Positions 18,070 to 27,009 of a stretch of 64,000 nt of DNA are shown here, one piece after another. Position 1 is the stretch's first letter; every line of letters starts with the position of its first letter. Position numbers and translations under genes: made by a program. Source of the DNA: Candidatus Micrarchaeota archaeon (lineage in GTDB: Archaea; Micrarchaeota; Micrarchaeia; Micrarchaeales; CABMGC01); NCBI GenBank assembly GCA_021851065.1, contig JAJZJQ010000005.1, forward strand, positions 44 through 64,043, read 5' to 3'. A model generated the notes under the pieces. That model had not been told where the DNA came from, ran no database searches, and saw only the letters and a program-made list of their open reading frames with translations.

Positions 18070-19384
18070 CGAAGAGCTAATCCCGCTGAGAAGCATTCCT
18101 GGAGTTAATGTATTCCAGTATCCTCCGGCGATGCCTGCAGGCCCAGGGGCCAAGGAGCAGTTTGCCGGAAATCTTGCACTTACGCAGAGGCTTGCACAGG
18201 GAGAGGAGTTCACGATGTTCGTTTCGATACCCTATTGCAAGGTGAGGTGCAACTCCTGTCCATATTTCAAGGCGAAGATGCCAAAGGGCGCAGGCTACGA
18301 CTTCCTCGACCCCTACGTGAGTGCACTGGAGACGCAGATGGCCGCCTATGCGCAGACCGAAAGGTTTAGGTCAGGGACACTTGCCGCAATCTACATGGGC
18401 GGTGGCACCGCATCGCTTCTTTCCGCAGATCAGGTCAGACGGATTGTTGGGTTTGCAAAAAGCGCATTCAGAACAAGCGCAGGAATGGAGATAACCCTCG
18501 AAGGAAATCCATCCGATTTCAACAGGGCCTATTACGCCGAGGTGGTATCGCACGGAATCAACAGGCTGTCGATAGGGTATCAGAGCGCGGATTCTGACAT
18601 ACTTGTGGACAAGCTGGGCTCGCCACACAACGCAAGCGAGGGCTTGCGCTCGCTGCAGGATGCCATTCAGGCGGGGTTCCGCACGGTAAACGTCGATATG
18701 CTATACGGGATACCTGGGCAGAAGCTTGAACAGTGGCAGCGCGATCTTGGAATCGTGATAGGGCTTGGCCCGGAAAGCGTGACCACCTACTCATACATAG
18801 TGTATGGGAATACAGTCGCAGAGCTGCGAATAAGGAAGGGAACCCTCGACGCGCAGATAGACGACGATGAGAAACACAGGTGGTATCTTTACACAAAAGG
18901 CACGTTTGAGGATAATGGATATGTCCTTTACAAAAAAGGGCACTTCATCAGGCCGGGGCACCCGCAGGCATATTCCGATCTTTCCTACAGGGTAGGCACA
19001 GAGAGCCTGGGAATAGGTGCAGGCGCGTACAGCTTTGTCAACGGATACCTTTTCATGTCGGTAGGGAATCCCAAAAAGTTCACGACGGACATGGAACGCG
19101 GACTGTTTACTGCTGCAGATTTCCAGTCCTCGCAAGCCAATACAGATGCACGGATGGCGAAGTATCTCATGCACAGCGTGGCGACAGGCACGATAGACGT
19201 GCAGGAATTCAGGGTAATGTTCGGGACGGATCCAAGGAATGTCTACAGGGCCATATTCGAGGAGATGAGTGCAAAGGGCCTCACCGAATCAGGAGATGGC
19301 TCGATAAGTATGACGGACCGTGGAACCAGGTGGCAGCAGAACATAATGAGCGCGTTCTATCACGAAGGGTTGAGGCGCGCATGA
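18038..19384 (+). CDS. HemN-like radical SAM enzyme
   Basis: IPYCKVRCNSC (CxxxCxxC), YMGGGTAS, EITLEGNP, NRLSIGYQS, DMLYGIPGQ, GIGAGAYS; overlaps the upstream gene. Confidence 0.92.
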   Translation: MTVKTRQTGHNEELIPLRSIPGVNVFQYPPAMPAGPGAKEQFAGNLALTQRLAQGEEFTMFVSIPYCKVRCNSCPYFKAKMPKGAGYDFLDPYVSALETQMAAYAQTERFRSGTLAAIYMGGGTASLLSADQVRRIVGFAKSAFRTSAGMEITLEGNPSDFNRAYYAEVVSHGINRLSIGYQSADSDILVDKLGSPHNASEGLRSLQDAIQAGFRTVNVDMLYGIPGQKLEQWQRDLGIVIGLGPESVTTYSYIVYGNTVAELRIRKGTLDAQIDDDEKHRWYLYTKGTFEDNGYVLYKKGHFIRPGHPQAYSDLSYRVGTESLGIGAGAYSFVNGYLFMSVGNPKKFTTDMERGLFTAADFQSSQANTDARMAKYLMHSVATGTIDVQEFRVMFGTDPRNVYRAIFEEMSAKGLTESGDGSISMTDRGTRWQQNIMSAFYHEGLRRA

Positions 19385-19419
19385 TCAGAAACCGATATAA
19401 GCACCTCTGATGCATTATC

Positions 19420-20745
19420 ATGGGAGTTGATAATTTGGGGGCGTTGCAAAGGGACAGAGTGCCTGCGGTTACGACTGAAGTCGTCAGGAATCTTGCCCTT
19501 ATGAAGCAGGGTCTTACTGCTGGTGATAGGTCCAGAGGCAAGCCATCCATACTCGATGCCATAAAGCAGATACGGCTGCTGCAGCTTGACAGCGTCAATG
19601 TTGTTGACAGGAGCCACTATCTTGTCATTTTCAGCAGGATAGGCACTTATGATAGGACAGACCTTGACTCCCTCCTGTTTCCAGACCGCGCCCTATTTGA
19701 GCAGAGGAGCCACGAAGCGTGTTTCATACCCTCTGAAGATTACCCCCATATCAGCCCTGAGATAACGAACAGGAGAAGCCAGCCAATAAGCAACATGAGG
19801 CTCAGGCAGCTTGGCGGTGACCCAGACTCGGTTTTGCGCGCGGTATTGGAGAGGATAAAAGAAGAAGGGCCATTATCCTCTAAAGATTTCGTAGATGCCA
19901 GGCGCGATGAGAGGAAGGGTTGGTGGGACAGAAAGCCTGAGCGCGTTGCGCTGGAGATATTATGGAGGCAGGGATACCTTGCAGTGCAGAGGCGAGCCAA
20001 CTTCCAGCCGTATTATGATCTGCCTGAGCGCGTCATACCATCCAAATTCAGGAAAGGCAGCCACTCGCTTGCGGACTTCAGGAGGTGGGCGGCAACTAAC
20101 GCCCTCATGGCCCAGGGGATTGCCACCGCTGCAGACGTGAACGACTACTATCGTCAGAACATAAAGGAAACGAGAGCCACGCTTGAGGAACTCGTCGCAG
20201 AAGGCACTGTTGTAAAGATAAGGGTAAGCGGATGGAAGGATGATGCATATGTATTGGCAGGCGATCTTGGAATCGCAGAAAAACTTGCATCCGCAGGGCC
20301 TTTGGCCACACGTACCACGTTACTCTCGCCGTTTGACAACCTCATCTGGTTCAGGGACAGGGCCGAAAGGCTTTTCGGGCTGCATTTGAGGGTGGAGATG
20401 TACACGCCTAAAAAGGACAGGTCATTTGGCTACTATGCAATGCCGATACTGCATGAAGGGGCCATAATTGGGAAGGCGGATCCGAAGATGGCAAGGGACG
20501 ATGGGACTCTGATAATAAATAATGTCGAATTCAATCCGGGCGTGGCTCTTGATGAGGGCCTTGCAAGGTCCGTGAGCGGAGCATTCGACGAGCTTGCGAG
20601 ATTCGGCGGCTGCGATTCCGTAGTTATTGGCAGCCGAGTTCCAGATAGTGTACGAACCATGCTGGAAGGGCATTTGGGCAGTGTGGCTGAAAGCGCCAGG
20701 GCTGGCCATGAACCTAAGCAGGGCATGCGCAGGCTGAAGGCATGA
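19420..20745 (+). CDS. YcaQ/AlkZ (HTH_42)-family DNA glycosylase, YcaQ-like QxD type
   Basis: LLQLDSVNVVDRSH, SRIG.YD, GWWDRKP, YDLPERV, LLSPFDNLIW.RDR, EMYTP..R.FGYYAMPIL. Confidence 0.92.
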   Translation: MGVDNLGALQRDRVPAVTTEVVRNLALMKQGLTAGDRSRGKPSILDAIKQIRLLQLDSVNVVDRSHYLVIFSRIGTYDRTDLDSLLFPDRALFEQRSHEACFIPSEDYPHISPEITNRRSQPISNMRLRQLGGDPDSVLRAVLERIKEEGPLSSKDFVDARRDERKGWWDRKPERVALEILWRQGYLAVQRRANFQPYYDLPERVIPSKFRKGSHSLADFRRWAATNALMAQGIATAADVNDYYRQNIKETRATLEELVAEGTVVKIRVSGWKDDAYVLAGDLGIAEKLASAGPLATRTTLLSPFDNLIWFRDRAERLFGLHLRVEMYTPKKDRSFGYYAMPILHEGAIIGKADPKMARDDGTLIINNVEFNPGVALDEGLARSVSGAFDELARFGGCDSVVIGSRVPDSVRTMLEGHLGSVAESARAGHEPKQGMRRLKA

Positions 20746-21122
20746 CCAGGAAGGCAAGCTGTGTGATCTTCGTTTTCCTGAAGGAAGAACTCTTCCTTGC
20801 AGAGAGACGACCTGAACATGAATCCATAGATCCTGGCAAGCTTGCCCTTCCAGGGGAACATGTAGAACATGGAGAAAGCCTTGAGCAGGCGCTAATAAGG
20901 GGCTGCCGTGAGGAGCTTGACGTTGAGCCTACAAAATACTGGCTTTTCTTCCAGCAAAGATACCTAACGGAGCGTGAGGATCAGGACTGCTACTATTATG
21001 CAGTAACGGGGTGGAAAGGGACTATAAGGCAGGTTGAAGCAGGAGAGCTGGCATGGATCCGATTGGATGAACGCCATCTTGTGGAGACCGGGATCGACAG
21101 GAATGCGATCTTCCATCTCTAG
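20742..21122 (+). CDS. NUDIX hydrolase (MutT-like)
   Basis: PGEHVEHGESLEQALIRGCREELDV (variant Nudix box); ATGA overlap with the glycosylase gene. Confidence 0.85.
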   Translation: MTRKASCVIFVFLKEELFLAERRPEHESIDPGKLALPGEHVEHGESLEQALIRGCREELDVEPTKYWLFFQQRYLTEREDQDCYYYAVTGWKGTIRQVEAGELAWIRLDERHLVETGIDRNAIFHL

Positions 21123-21132
21123 TACAAGCCGC

Positions 21133-21549
21133 CTAGCGCTCCCTGAGGAACTCGTCTATCTGCGATTCTGCTTCCCCTATTGCATCGTATTTTTTGACCA
21201 CCAGGTATTTGTTGCCATCTATTATGGCGGAAAGGTGCCTCCCTGGAGAGGGCCTATAGAGGCAGAGCACGGGCTTCCCAAGCTCCTGCGCCTTTGCAAG
21301 CTCCCATCCCTGGCCATGGGAAGGCGATGAAACCTCAGCAACCACCACGTCCGCTTCCTCCAGCCATTTCAAGTCCCTGTTGTAGATCCTTACGCTGTTC
21401 TCGTGTGAAGGGTCAAGGCTGATCCCCTTATGGTCGGCAAGGTGCCTCGTGAGCACCGTGCCATATCTCTCCAGATGCTCTATCAGCTCAGCATAGGTGG
21501 AAATATCTATTATCCCGCCTCTAACTGAAGCAGAGAAGTAAATATTCAT
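21133..21549 (-). CDS. Nucleoside 2-deoxyribosyltransferase family / DNPH1 (RCL)-like dNMP N-hydrolase
   Basis: IYFSASVRGG, GTVLTRHL, IYNRDLKWLEEADVVVAEVSSPSHGQGWEL, KPVLCLYR, LSAII.G. Confidence 0.88.
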   Translation of the reverse strand: MNIYFSASVRGGIIDISTYAELIEHLERYGTVLTRHLADHKGISLDPSHENSVRIYNRDLKWLEEADVVVAEVSSPSHGQGWELAKAQELGKPVLCLYRPSPGRHLSAIIDGNKYLVVKKYDAIGEAESQIDEFLRER

Positions 21550-21638
21550 AAAGGAATTAGAGGGACGCAGTATTAAATCTGCTTACAGGCCTGCGATCAG
21601 GTCTCGCCTACAAGCTTTTCGCGCTCGGAACTGTATCT

Positions 21639-21881
21639 GTGCTCGAAGAGGTACCTCCAGTTGGCAAGCCTGTTGATGAGCGTGCCCTCTGCCCCGTATT
21701 TCCTGTACAGCATGAGAAAAGGGGCCAAAATCCCTTTTCTCATATGGTAGGCATTGCGATAGGAATAGCGTGGTATACCGCCTCACAGCACTTGATTAAG
21801 CTGGAAAGAGAGGGCAAACTAAAATATTTCAGAATCGGACGCCAGAATCAATATATTCTAGCGTCGAGGTTGAAAAACTAA
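21639..21881 (+). CDS. Small winged-helix protein (possibly truncated)
   Basis: GIAWYTASQHLIKLEREGKLKYFRIGRQNQY fits a wHTH C-half; start uncertain. Confidence 0.5.
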   Translation: MLEEVPPVGKPVDERALCPVFPVQHEKRGQNPFSHMVGIAIGIAWYTASQHLIKLEREGKLKYFRIGRQNQYILASRLKN

Positions 21882-21928
21882 GCCAAGCGAGAGTGTTCAA
21901 ATGCAATACGAAAAACAAAAAATAACGT

Positions 21929-21960
21929 GGATGCAAGAGTTCAAATCTCTTCCCCTGCAT
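21929..21960 (+). repeat. att-like copy of the tRNA-Leu 3' end
   Basis: Identical to 14200-14231. Confidence 0.92.
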
Positions 21961-22007
21961 CTGCCTGAATGGCAAACGCCAGTGCAGCGGCCAGGTACTT
22001 GGCGGAA

Positions 22008-22508
22008 TTAGCCTTTGGGGATTACAATTCCACCGACAAAGTCATGGAAAAATACCCTTTCTCCTTTATGCCTGATTTCTTCGCTGCCAGTGAATGCGGA
22101 GATATCCCCATTCAGGGAGCTATGATACTCCCAGTCCCCATCCTTGAAGAATTTCTGGCCCCTGGGTTGGAATTGCCCTGCCTTTTCGCCGCTTTTAAGG
22201 GCTTTCTTTAGGAATTCGAAGGTTTCATGTGCAAAAGCGGTGTCTTGTACATGTTTCTCTTCCATGCCCCCGCCATAATTCTGCACCCATACCGGGCGGC
22301 CTTTGTAGAATATTGTCTCTGTCCCCCATGACCTGAACCACCCGGTATACATATCCTTATAGTTCCAGTCCCCTTTTCGGTATGCCAGTGCAGTGTATCC
22401 ACCTTCAACAGTTCCGGCCATTCCGCCAGCATAGGTAGACCGGGATGCTTCTCCAAGAAACTGGTTCAGCTCCCTTAAGAACTGCTCTTGGTTGTTCTGC
22501 TCTGGCAT
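22008..22508 (-). CDS. DUF5680-like protein
   Basis: TYAGG, GDWNYKDMYTG, PVWVQNYGG, PRG, FTGSEEI pattern; family name from memory. Confidence 0.75.
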   Translation of the reverse strand: MPEQNNQEQFLRELNQFLGEASRSTYAGGMAGTVEGGYTALAYRKGDWNYKDMYTGWFRSWGTETIFYKGRPVWVQNYGGGMEEKHVQDTAFAHETFEFLKKALKSGEKAGQFQPRGQKFFKDGDWEYHSSLNGDISAFTGSEEIRHKGERVFFHDFVGGIVIPKG

Positions 22509-22650
22509 GGAATTCCCACCATGATCTTACATCAGGGAATTTATAAAACGGCATCCGTGGAATGCATGTTGCAGCCTGCCTTGTGCAGTAGCTGCGTAAA
22601 GAGCTTGGCTTTGGGGCTTGCCGCCTTCGCAGCAGACATTTCTACGCAAG

Positions 22651-23004
22651 TCACCTTGCCTTAAGGATCTTGCGTAGCCCGCCGTACTTGAAAGTCACAA
22701 GGCCTAGCAGTGCCATGAGAATCCCAGACAGCATGTCCCCCATGGTTAGCAGTATCGGCATCCTGAAAGAGGTTGTGCCAACAGGCAATGAACTCCTGTT
22801 GTATATGCGCCCGCTTGCGGCTGTAGCCTGCTGGCTGCTGCCGGTCTGAGTAGATGCGCCGCCAGATCCTGAGAGGTGCCTTGGCAGAGCCGGCGAGGCG
22901 AAATAGTTGTATGCAGAATATGCGAAGAATGCTGCGCCAAGCGCAATCAGCAGCAATCCAACCATCTCAATGCCTGTCCATCCATTATAGGTTCTTGTAG
23001 ACAT
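22651..23004 (-). CDS. Small two-TM membrane protein
   Basis: Two hydrophobic helices around a Ser/Gly/Thr-rich loop. Confidence 0.65.
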   Translation of the reverse strand: MSTRTYNGWTGIEMVGLLLIALGAAFFAYSAYNYFASPALPRHLSGSGGASTQTGSSQQATAASGRIYNRSSLPVGTTSFRMPILLTMGDMLSGILMALLGLVTFKYGGLRKILKAR

Positions 23005-23148
23005 ATTTACCACTATATTAGTGTGCACCTGAAAGATACACATAAACAAGCAGCACTCCTGCTATTATCACCAGAAATCCCGTTGCAATGGCTATCATCT
23101 GCATGAGCTTCCTGTCTGGGGGCGCCTTCTCATCCATGCTATCGCCAA

Positions 23149-24759
23149 TTAATCCACTGTGACATTTCCTTCAAGCACGCCTTTGTCTGTGAATACCAGC
23201 AGTCTGTAGCTGCCGGATGGATTGGTTGGCAGATTTAAGCCGAGTTGGCCGTTGTATGCGAACCTAGCAGCCGAATGCGGGCCTATGCTGTATCCCAGCG
23301 GCTCTTGCGGCGCAGGCAGGGGCATTGCACCGTAAGGTGATGAGAGAGTGCCATTGTAGTTCACCATAAAGTCCATGCCCCCATCCATCGTAGTGAAGAA
23401 TCCCTGGGCCCGGATTGTTGGCCCAGTGATGCCAGATATCCTTATGCTGTTGACCGGGCTCTTTAGGGTTATATTTACAGAATTAATCCCGCAGCACTGT
23501 ATATCGGAATATACCGCAGAGGCATTTATAATTACGCTGGAGTTTGACTGGACGAAGAAGTTGCCGTCGTAAGCCGCATTGCCACCGTATCTCATGACAT
23601 AGAAGTCTGACCCGTTTGGCGATGGGCGTGACGATGCTTCACCCCCTGATTCAGATATTCGCTGGTTTATGTATGTAGCCGCCGCTACCTGGACAGGCTG
23701 AGCTTGGGCAGATGCGCCTAGCGGCACTGCAATAGGCTGCCTGAACTGTGAATCGTTAGTGCCATTTACTATAGACATGCTTATTACGGTAAGGTTGCTT
23801 GAGCCGTGGTTGCTTATGGATGCATCAAACGAGACGCTGCCTGAATCAAATGCTAGGGTTGCGTTTGACACCGTTGCGTTTATGTCCGGCTTTTCGAAGA
23901 ACCTGGCGCTGAACATGCCTCCAATAGGGGTGGTAAGTCGTATCCCCACCCCGGAGTTTACACGGGTTATCATGCCTGGGTTTGAGAACACTGCTGCCCT
24001 CAAAGCTGGCACAAGTATGAATACGGTGGTGTTTTGCGTGGACAGCGTGGCTATGGACGGATAGAAATCCATCAGGACATCGGAAGAGTCGTTTATGATT
24101 CCACCGTTAGTGACATTTGCAACCACCTCCCTTATAGGGACATAGACGCTGTAACTGGAATTCCCTATGGTTATGCTTGCATAGGTTATGTTGAACTTGA
24201 TGCCATCAACAGCTGCATTTTGCCTGACATCTGCAAGGCCTATTATCTGGGATTCGTTTATGAGGCTCATGAGGTTTAGCCTGCCGCTGGAATTGAGGTC
24301 AAGCCATGCTGAGCTTGCGTTGCTGTAACTGACATGGACCTTTAGCGAGGAGTAGTTTATGTAAAGAGCGCGAGTGCCCTGCGGCACAATTGGCGGATCC
24401 GTTATGCTTATTGGAACGTACGAAGATTGCTGTGCAGGCCTTGAGTAATATGCCCCTAGTGCGTACAGAGATGCCATAAGACCCAGAACGGCAATGGCAG
24501 ACACCACTATCATCCTGTTTACCGTAACTCCGCTCTTTCGGACCTTCTCCGCATTTATCTCCTGGTTAAGATCATAATACTTCCACTTCTTGAAAGGAAC
24601 GTCCCTTTGACGTATTATGCCATGGTCCTCGAGATCCTGCAGGTGTTTGCTTACTGTGGATGGTGCCAGGCCAAGCTTCTTGCATATGGCACTTAGGGTG
24701 TTGTCCCCGTGGGAGATGAGTTTTATTATCTCCTCCTTTGTAGCTCCATGCCTGTTCAT
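23149..24759 (-). CDS. ArsR-type HTH + TM + extracellular (DUF4382-like) domain; membrane-tethered regulator
   Basis: TLSAICKKLGLAPSTVSKHLQDLEDHGII; TM at ~aa 83-105; ISITDPP...YSSLKVH; many sequons. Confidence 0.8.
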   Translation of the reverse strand: MNRHGATKEEIIKLISHGDNTLSAICKKLGLAPSTVSKHLQDLEDHGIIRQRDVPFKKWKYYDLNQEINAEKVRKSGVTVNRMIVVSAIAVLGLMASLYALGAYYSRPAQQSSYVPISITDPPIVPQGTRALYINYSSLKVHVSYSNASSAWLDLNSSGRLNLMSLINESQIIGLADVRQNAAVDGIKFNITYASITIGNSSYSVYVPIREVVANVTNGGIINDSSDVLMDFYPSIATLSTQNTTVFILVPALRAAVFSNPGMITRVNSGVGIRLTTPIGGMFSARFFEKPDINATVSNATLAFDSGSVSFDASISNHGSSNLTVISMSIVNGTNDSQFRQPIAVPLGASAQAQPVQVAAATYINQRISESGGEASSRPSPNGSDFYVMRYGGNAAYDGNFFVQSNSSVIINASAVYSDIQCCGINSVNITLKSPVNSIRISGITGPTIRAQGFFTTMDGGMDFMVNYNGTLSSPYGAMPLPAPQEPLGYSIGPHSAARFAYNGQLGLNLPTNPSGSYRLLVFTDKGVLEGNVTVD

Positions 24760-24819
24760 CCGATATCACTGCGCAAGCAGACTCCTTGTGCCGGATAAGA
24801 TATATATGCATTTCTTAAC

Positions 24820-24958
24820 ATTTCGCATTTTGAACGAAGTATTTTTCTGGGCAGGCGCAGTGCCATTGGCCATATTTCGCAATATAGCGAAATCCTTCCT
24901 GTGAGAGGTACAATGACGGATGCCAGGCATGTTTCTTATTTCGTTTTTAATGCGAAAT
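24820..24958. promoter_or_regulatory. Three palindromic operator-like sites ATTTCG-N8/9-CGAA(A/G)T
   Basis: Copies at 24820-24840, 24874-24893 and 24938-24958 in the divergent intergenic region. Confidence 0.7.
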
Positions 24959-25034
24959 CGCTGGGAGATTATATATAATGGGATTGACAGATCCACTACT
25001 TGAAGGAAATCTTAATGCGTTAGCCATGATGCAT

Positions 25035-25733
25035 ATGACAATCGCAGATATCGCAGTAAAGGTAGACAAAGTATCTAAAGTGTACAGCACAGGGGCAGTG
25101 GAAGTTGATGCGCTTAGCGAAGTGTCATTCTCACTTAAGAAAGGCGAGTTCGTTGCCATTGTTGGACCTTCCGGAAGCGGGAAGTCTACGCTGATGCATT
25201 TGCTTGGGACCATAGACAGGCCAAGCAGAGGGGAGATATACATAGACGGAGTTGCAACTTCGGATATGAACGGAACAGAGCTTGCAAGATTTAGGAACAG
25301 CAAGCTCGGGTTCGTATTTCAGGCATACAACCTAGTAAACGGGATAGATGCGCGCATGAATGTGGAGCTGCCGTTGATGGTGAGCCGCATGACAGATTCC
25401 CAGAGGAGGGAGAAGGCTGAAAGGCTTCTTGTTGAGCTGGGGCTTGGAGAGAGGATGAACCTTAGGCCCACGCAGCTTAGCGGCGGGCAGCAGCAGCGGG
25501 TTGCCATAGCAAGAGCCCTTGTAAACAGCCCGTCATTGATACTTGCTGATGAACCCACAGGCAACCTGGACACCAAGGCTGGAGATGAGGTCATAAAGCT
25601 GTTTAAGAACGTGTGCAAGACGCAGCATGTGACCATAGTAATGGTCACCCACAACTTTGACATCACCAGGCATTGCGATCATGTAATACACATACGAGAT
25701 GGTAAAATGGTGAAGGAAGAGGTTTTGAGATGA
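25035..25733 (+). CDS. ABC transporter ATP-binding protein (LolD/MacB type)
   Basis: [45 protein letters not shown]. Confidence 0.95.
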   Translation: MTIADIAVKVDKVSKVYSTGAVEVDALSEVSFSLKKGEFVAIVGPSGSGKSTLMHLLGTIDRPSRGEIYIDGVATSDMNGTELARFRNSKLGFVFQAYNLVNGIDARMNVELPLMVSRMTDSQRREKAERLLVELGLGERMNLRPTQLSGGQQQRVAIARALVNSPSLILADEPTGNLDTKAGDEVIKLFKNVCKTQHVTIVMVTHNFDITRHCDHVIHIRDGKMVKEEVLR

Positions 25734-26998
25734 GCACGAAAACAATGATGTATATAATACTGGCCGCGTCCGTAGTGGCGCCGATGGCTTTTGCGCAGAC
25801 AGGCACGGCTTCTAACCCGATACCGCCGCAGTTCTACCTGAATGCGACTACTACCACCCTGTGCAGAGGCACAACCAACTACGTGCAGCTTGCCATAACC
25901 AACCCCAGCAAGAACATCATGGACCAGTTGCAGAGCGTAGAGCTGAGCATAGGCAAGATGGACGGCCTGTATCCGGCCCTGGTATATGCAGGCACGGTAA
26001 ACGCAAGCACAACCCTGAACGTCACCATGCCAGTGTTTGCAGGCGTGAACACTTCTTCCTTCATAACTGTGCCGGTGTCAGTGAACTTTTACTATTTTGC
26101 GGCGCTATATACGGACAGCGAGGAAAGGAACGTCACTTTCGACGTAGTAAGCTGCCCGTCTTCATTGCCGCTTGAGATGAACGTCTCGCCTGGATCGCTT
26201 GTTACAGGCCAGATAAACAACCTGACTTTCGGCTTCACCAACACAGGGAACACAACACTGACCAATGTATCTGCGAAGGCTGCCATATCGAGTTCCCAAA
26301 GCGGCATGGAATTTGTTGGGTATGAGCCCATAGTTATAGATGCAATAGCTCCGCACAGCACCGTGTACGTTCCTGAGAGGATGTACGAAAACGGATCGCA
26401 GATATTTTACATAAACGTTTCTGCTACGTTCATAAACCAGAGCAGGCTTGAGCAGGCGGCTGACAGCTTCTCCATGCTATCCGGGGGCACAATAGACATG
26501 ATACCATCCAGCATAAGCGTCACGCCCTCTACAGTCAGCCCGGGCAGCATATTCTCGATAGCATTCACCGTGACGGATACGGGAACCAGTTCTGTGTCTA
26601 ACGCAAATGCGGCCGCCATACTGCCAGCAGGATTCGGGTATTACGGAGTTACAACTTCGGATTATATAGGAAGCATAGGCATAGAGTCACCCACTGCAGT
26701 AAGCCTGGCGCTTATGGCCAACTCCTCGGTTAGACCAGGCACATACAACATTCCGGTAAAGCTCAGTTATCAGGGCAATTTCAGGCAGAACATGAGCAGC
26801 ATGGTGAATGTGAGCGTAACCGTGGGCAGCAGCTCTGGATCCGCATCGGGGTTGCCTGTCAGTGGCGCCCAGGGAGGCGGTTCCTCAGGCAGCACTGCCA
26901 TATACATAATGGCTGTGGTCTTCGTTATTGCAGTGGCGGCAATATTTGCCTATCCGCGCTTCATGAATAGGAAGGCACAGGGACCGAGGAGGACATAG
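25730..26998 (+). CDS. S-layer-like (COG1361-type) Ig-fold membrane-anchored protein
   Basis: Signal peptide, beta-rich repeats (TNTGNTTLTNV, PGTYNIPVKLSY), C-terminal TM; sits in the ABC operon. Confidence 0.75.
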   Translation: MSTKTMMYIILAASVVAPMAFAQTGTASNPIPPQFYLNATTTTLCRGTTNYVQLAITNPSKNIMDQLQSVELSIGKMDGLYPALVYAGTVNASTTLNVTMPVFAGVNTSSFITVPVSVNFYYFAALYTDSEERNVTFDVVSCPSSLPLEMNVSPGSLVTGQINNLTFGFTNTGNTTLTNVSAKAAISSSQSGMEFVGYEPIVIDAIAPHSTVYVPERMYENGSQIFYINVSATFINQSRLEQAADSFSMLSGGTIDMIPSSISVTPSTVSPGSIFSIAFTVTDTGTSSVSNANAAAILPAGFGYYGVTTSDYIGSIGIESPTAVSLALMANSSVRPGTYNIPVKLSYQGNFRQNMSSMVNVSVTVGSSSGSASGLPVSGAQGGGSSGSTAIYIMAVVFVIAVAAIFAYPRFMNRKAQGPRRT

Positions 26999-27009
26999 AA
27001 GGTCTTTGG

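Larger units (their letters stand above)
14200..21960. mobile_element. Genomic island integrated at tRNA-Leu
   Basis: 32-bp identical direct repeat GGATGCAAGAGTTCAAATCTCTTCCCCTGCAT at 14200-14231 (tRNA 3' end) and 21929-21960; no integrase inside. Confidence 0.88.

Noticed and set aside
18038-19384. Viperin or true coproporphyrinogen dehydrogenase HemN
   Set aside because: Motifs are HemN-fold rather than viperin/MoaA-like; there is no heme context, so no hemN symbol was given
19420-20745. Calling the glycosylase AlkZ
   Set aside because: The catalytic motif is QxD (YcaQ type), not QxQ, so self-resistance remains an inference
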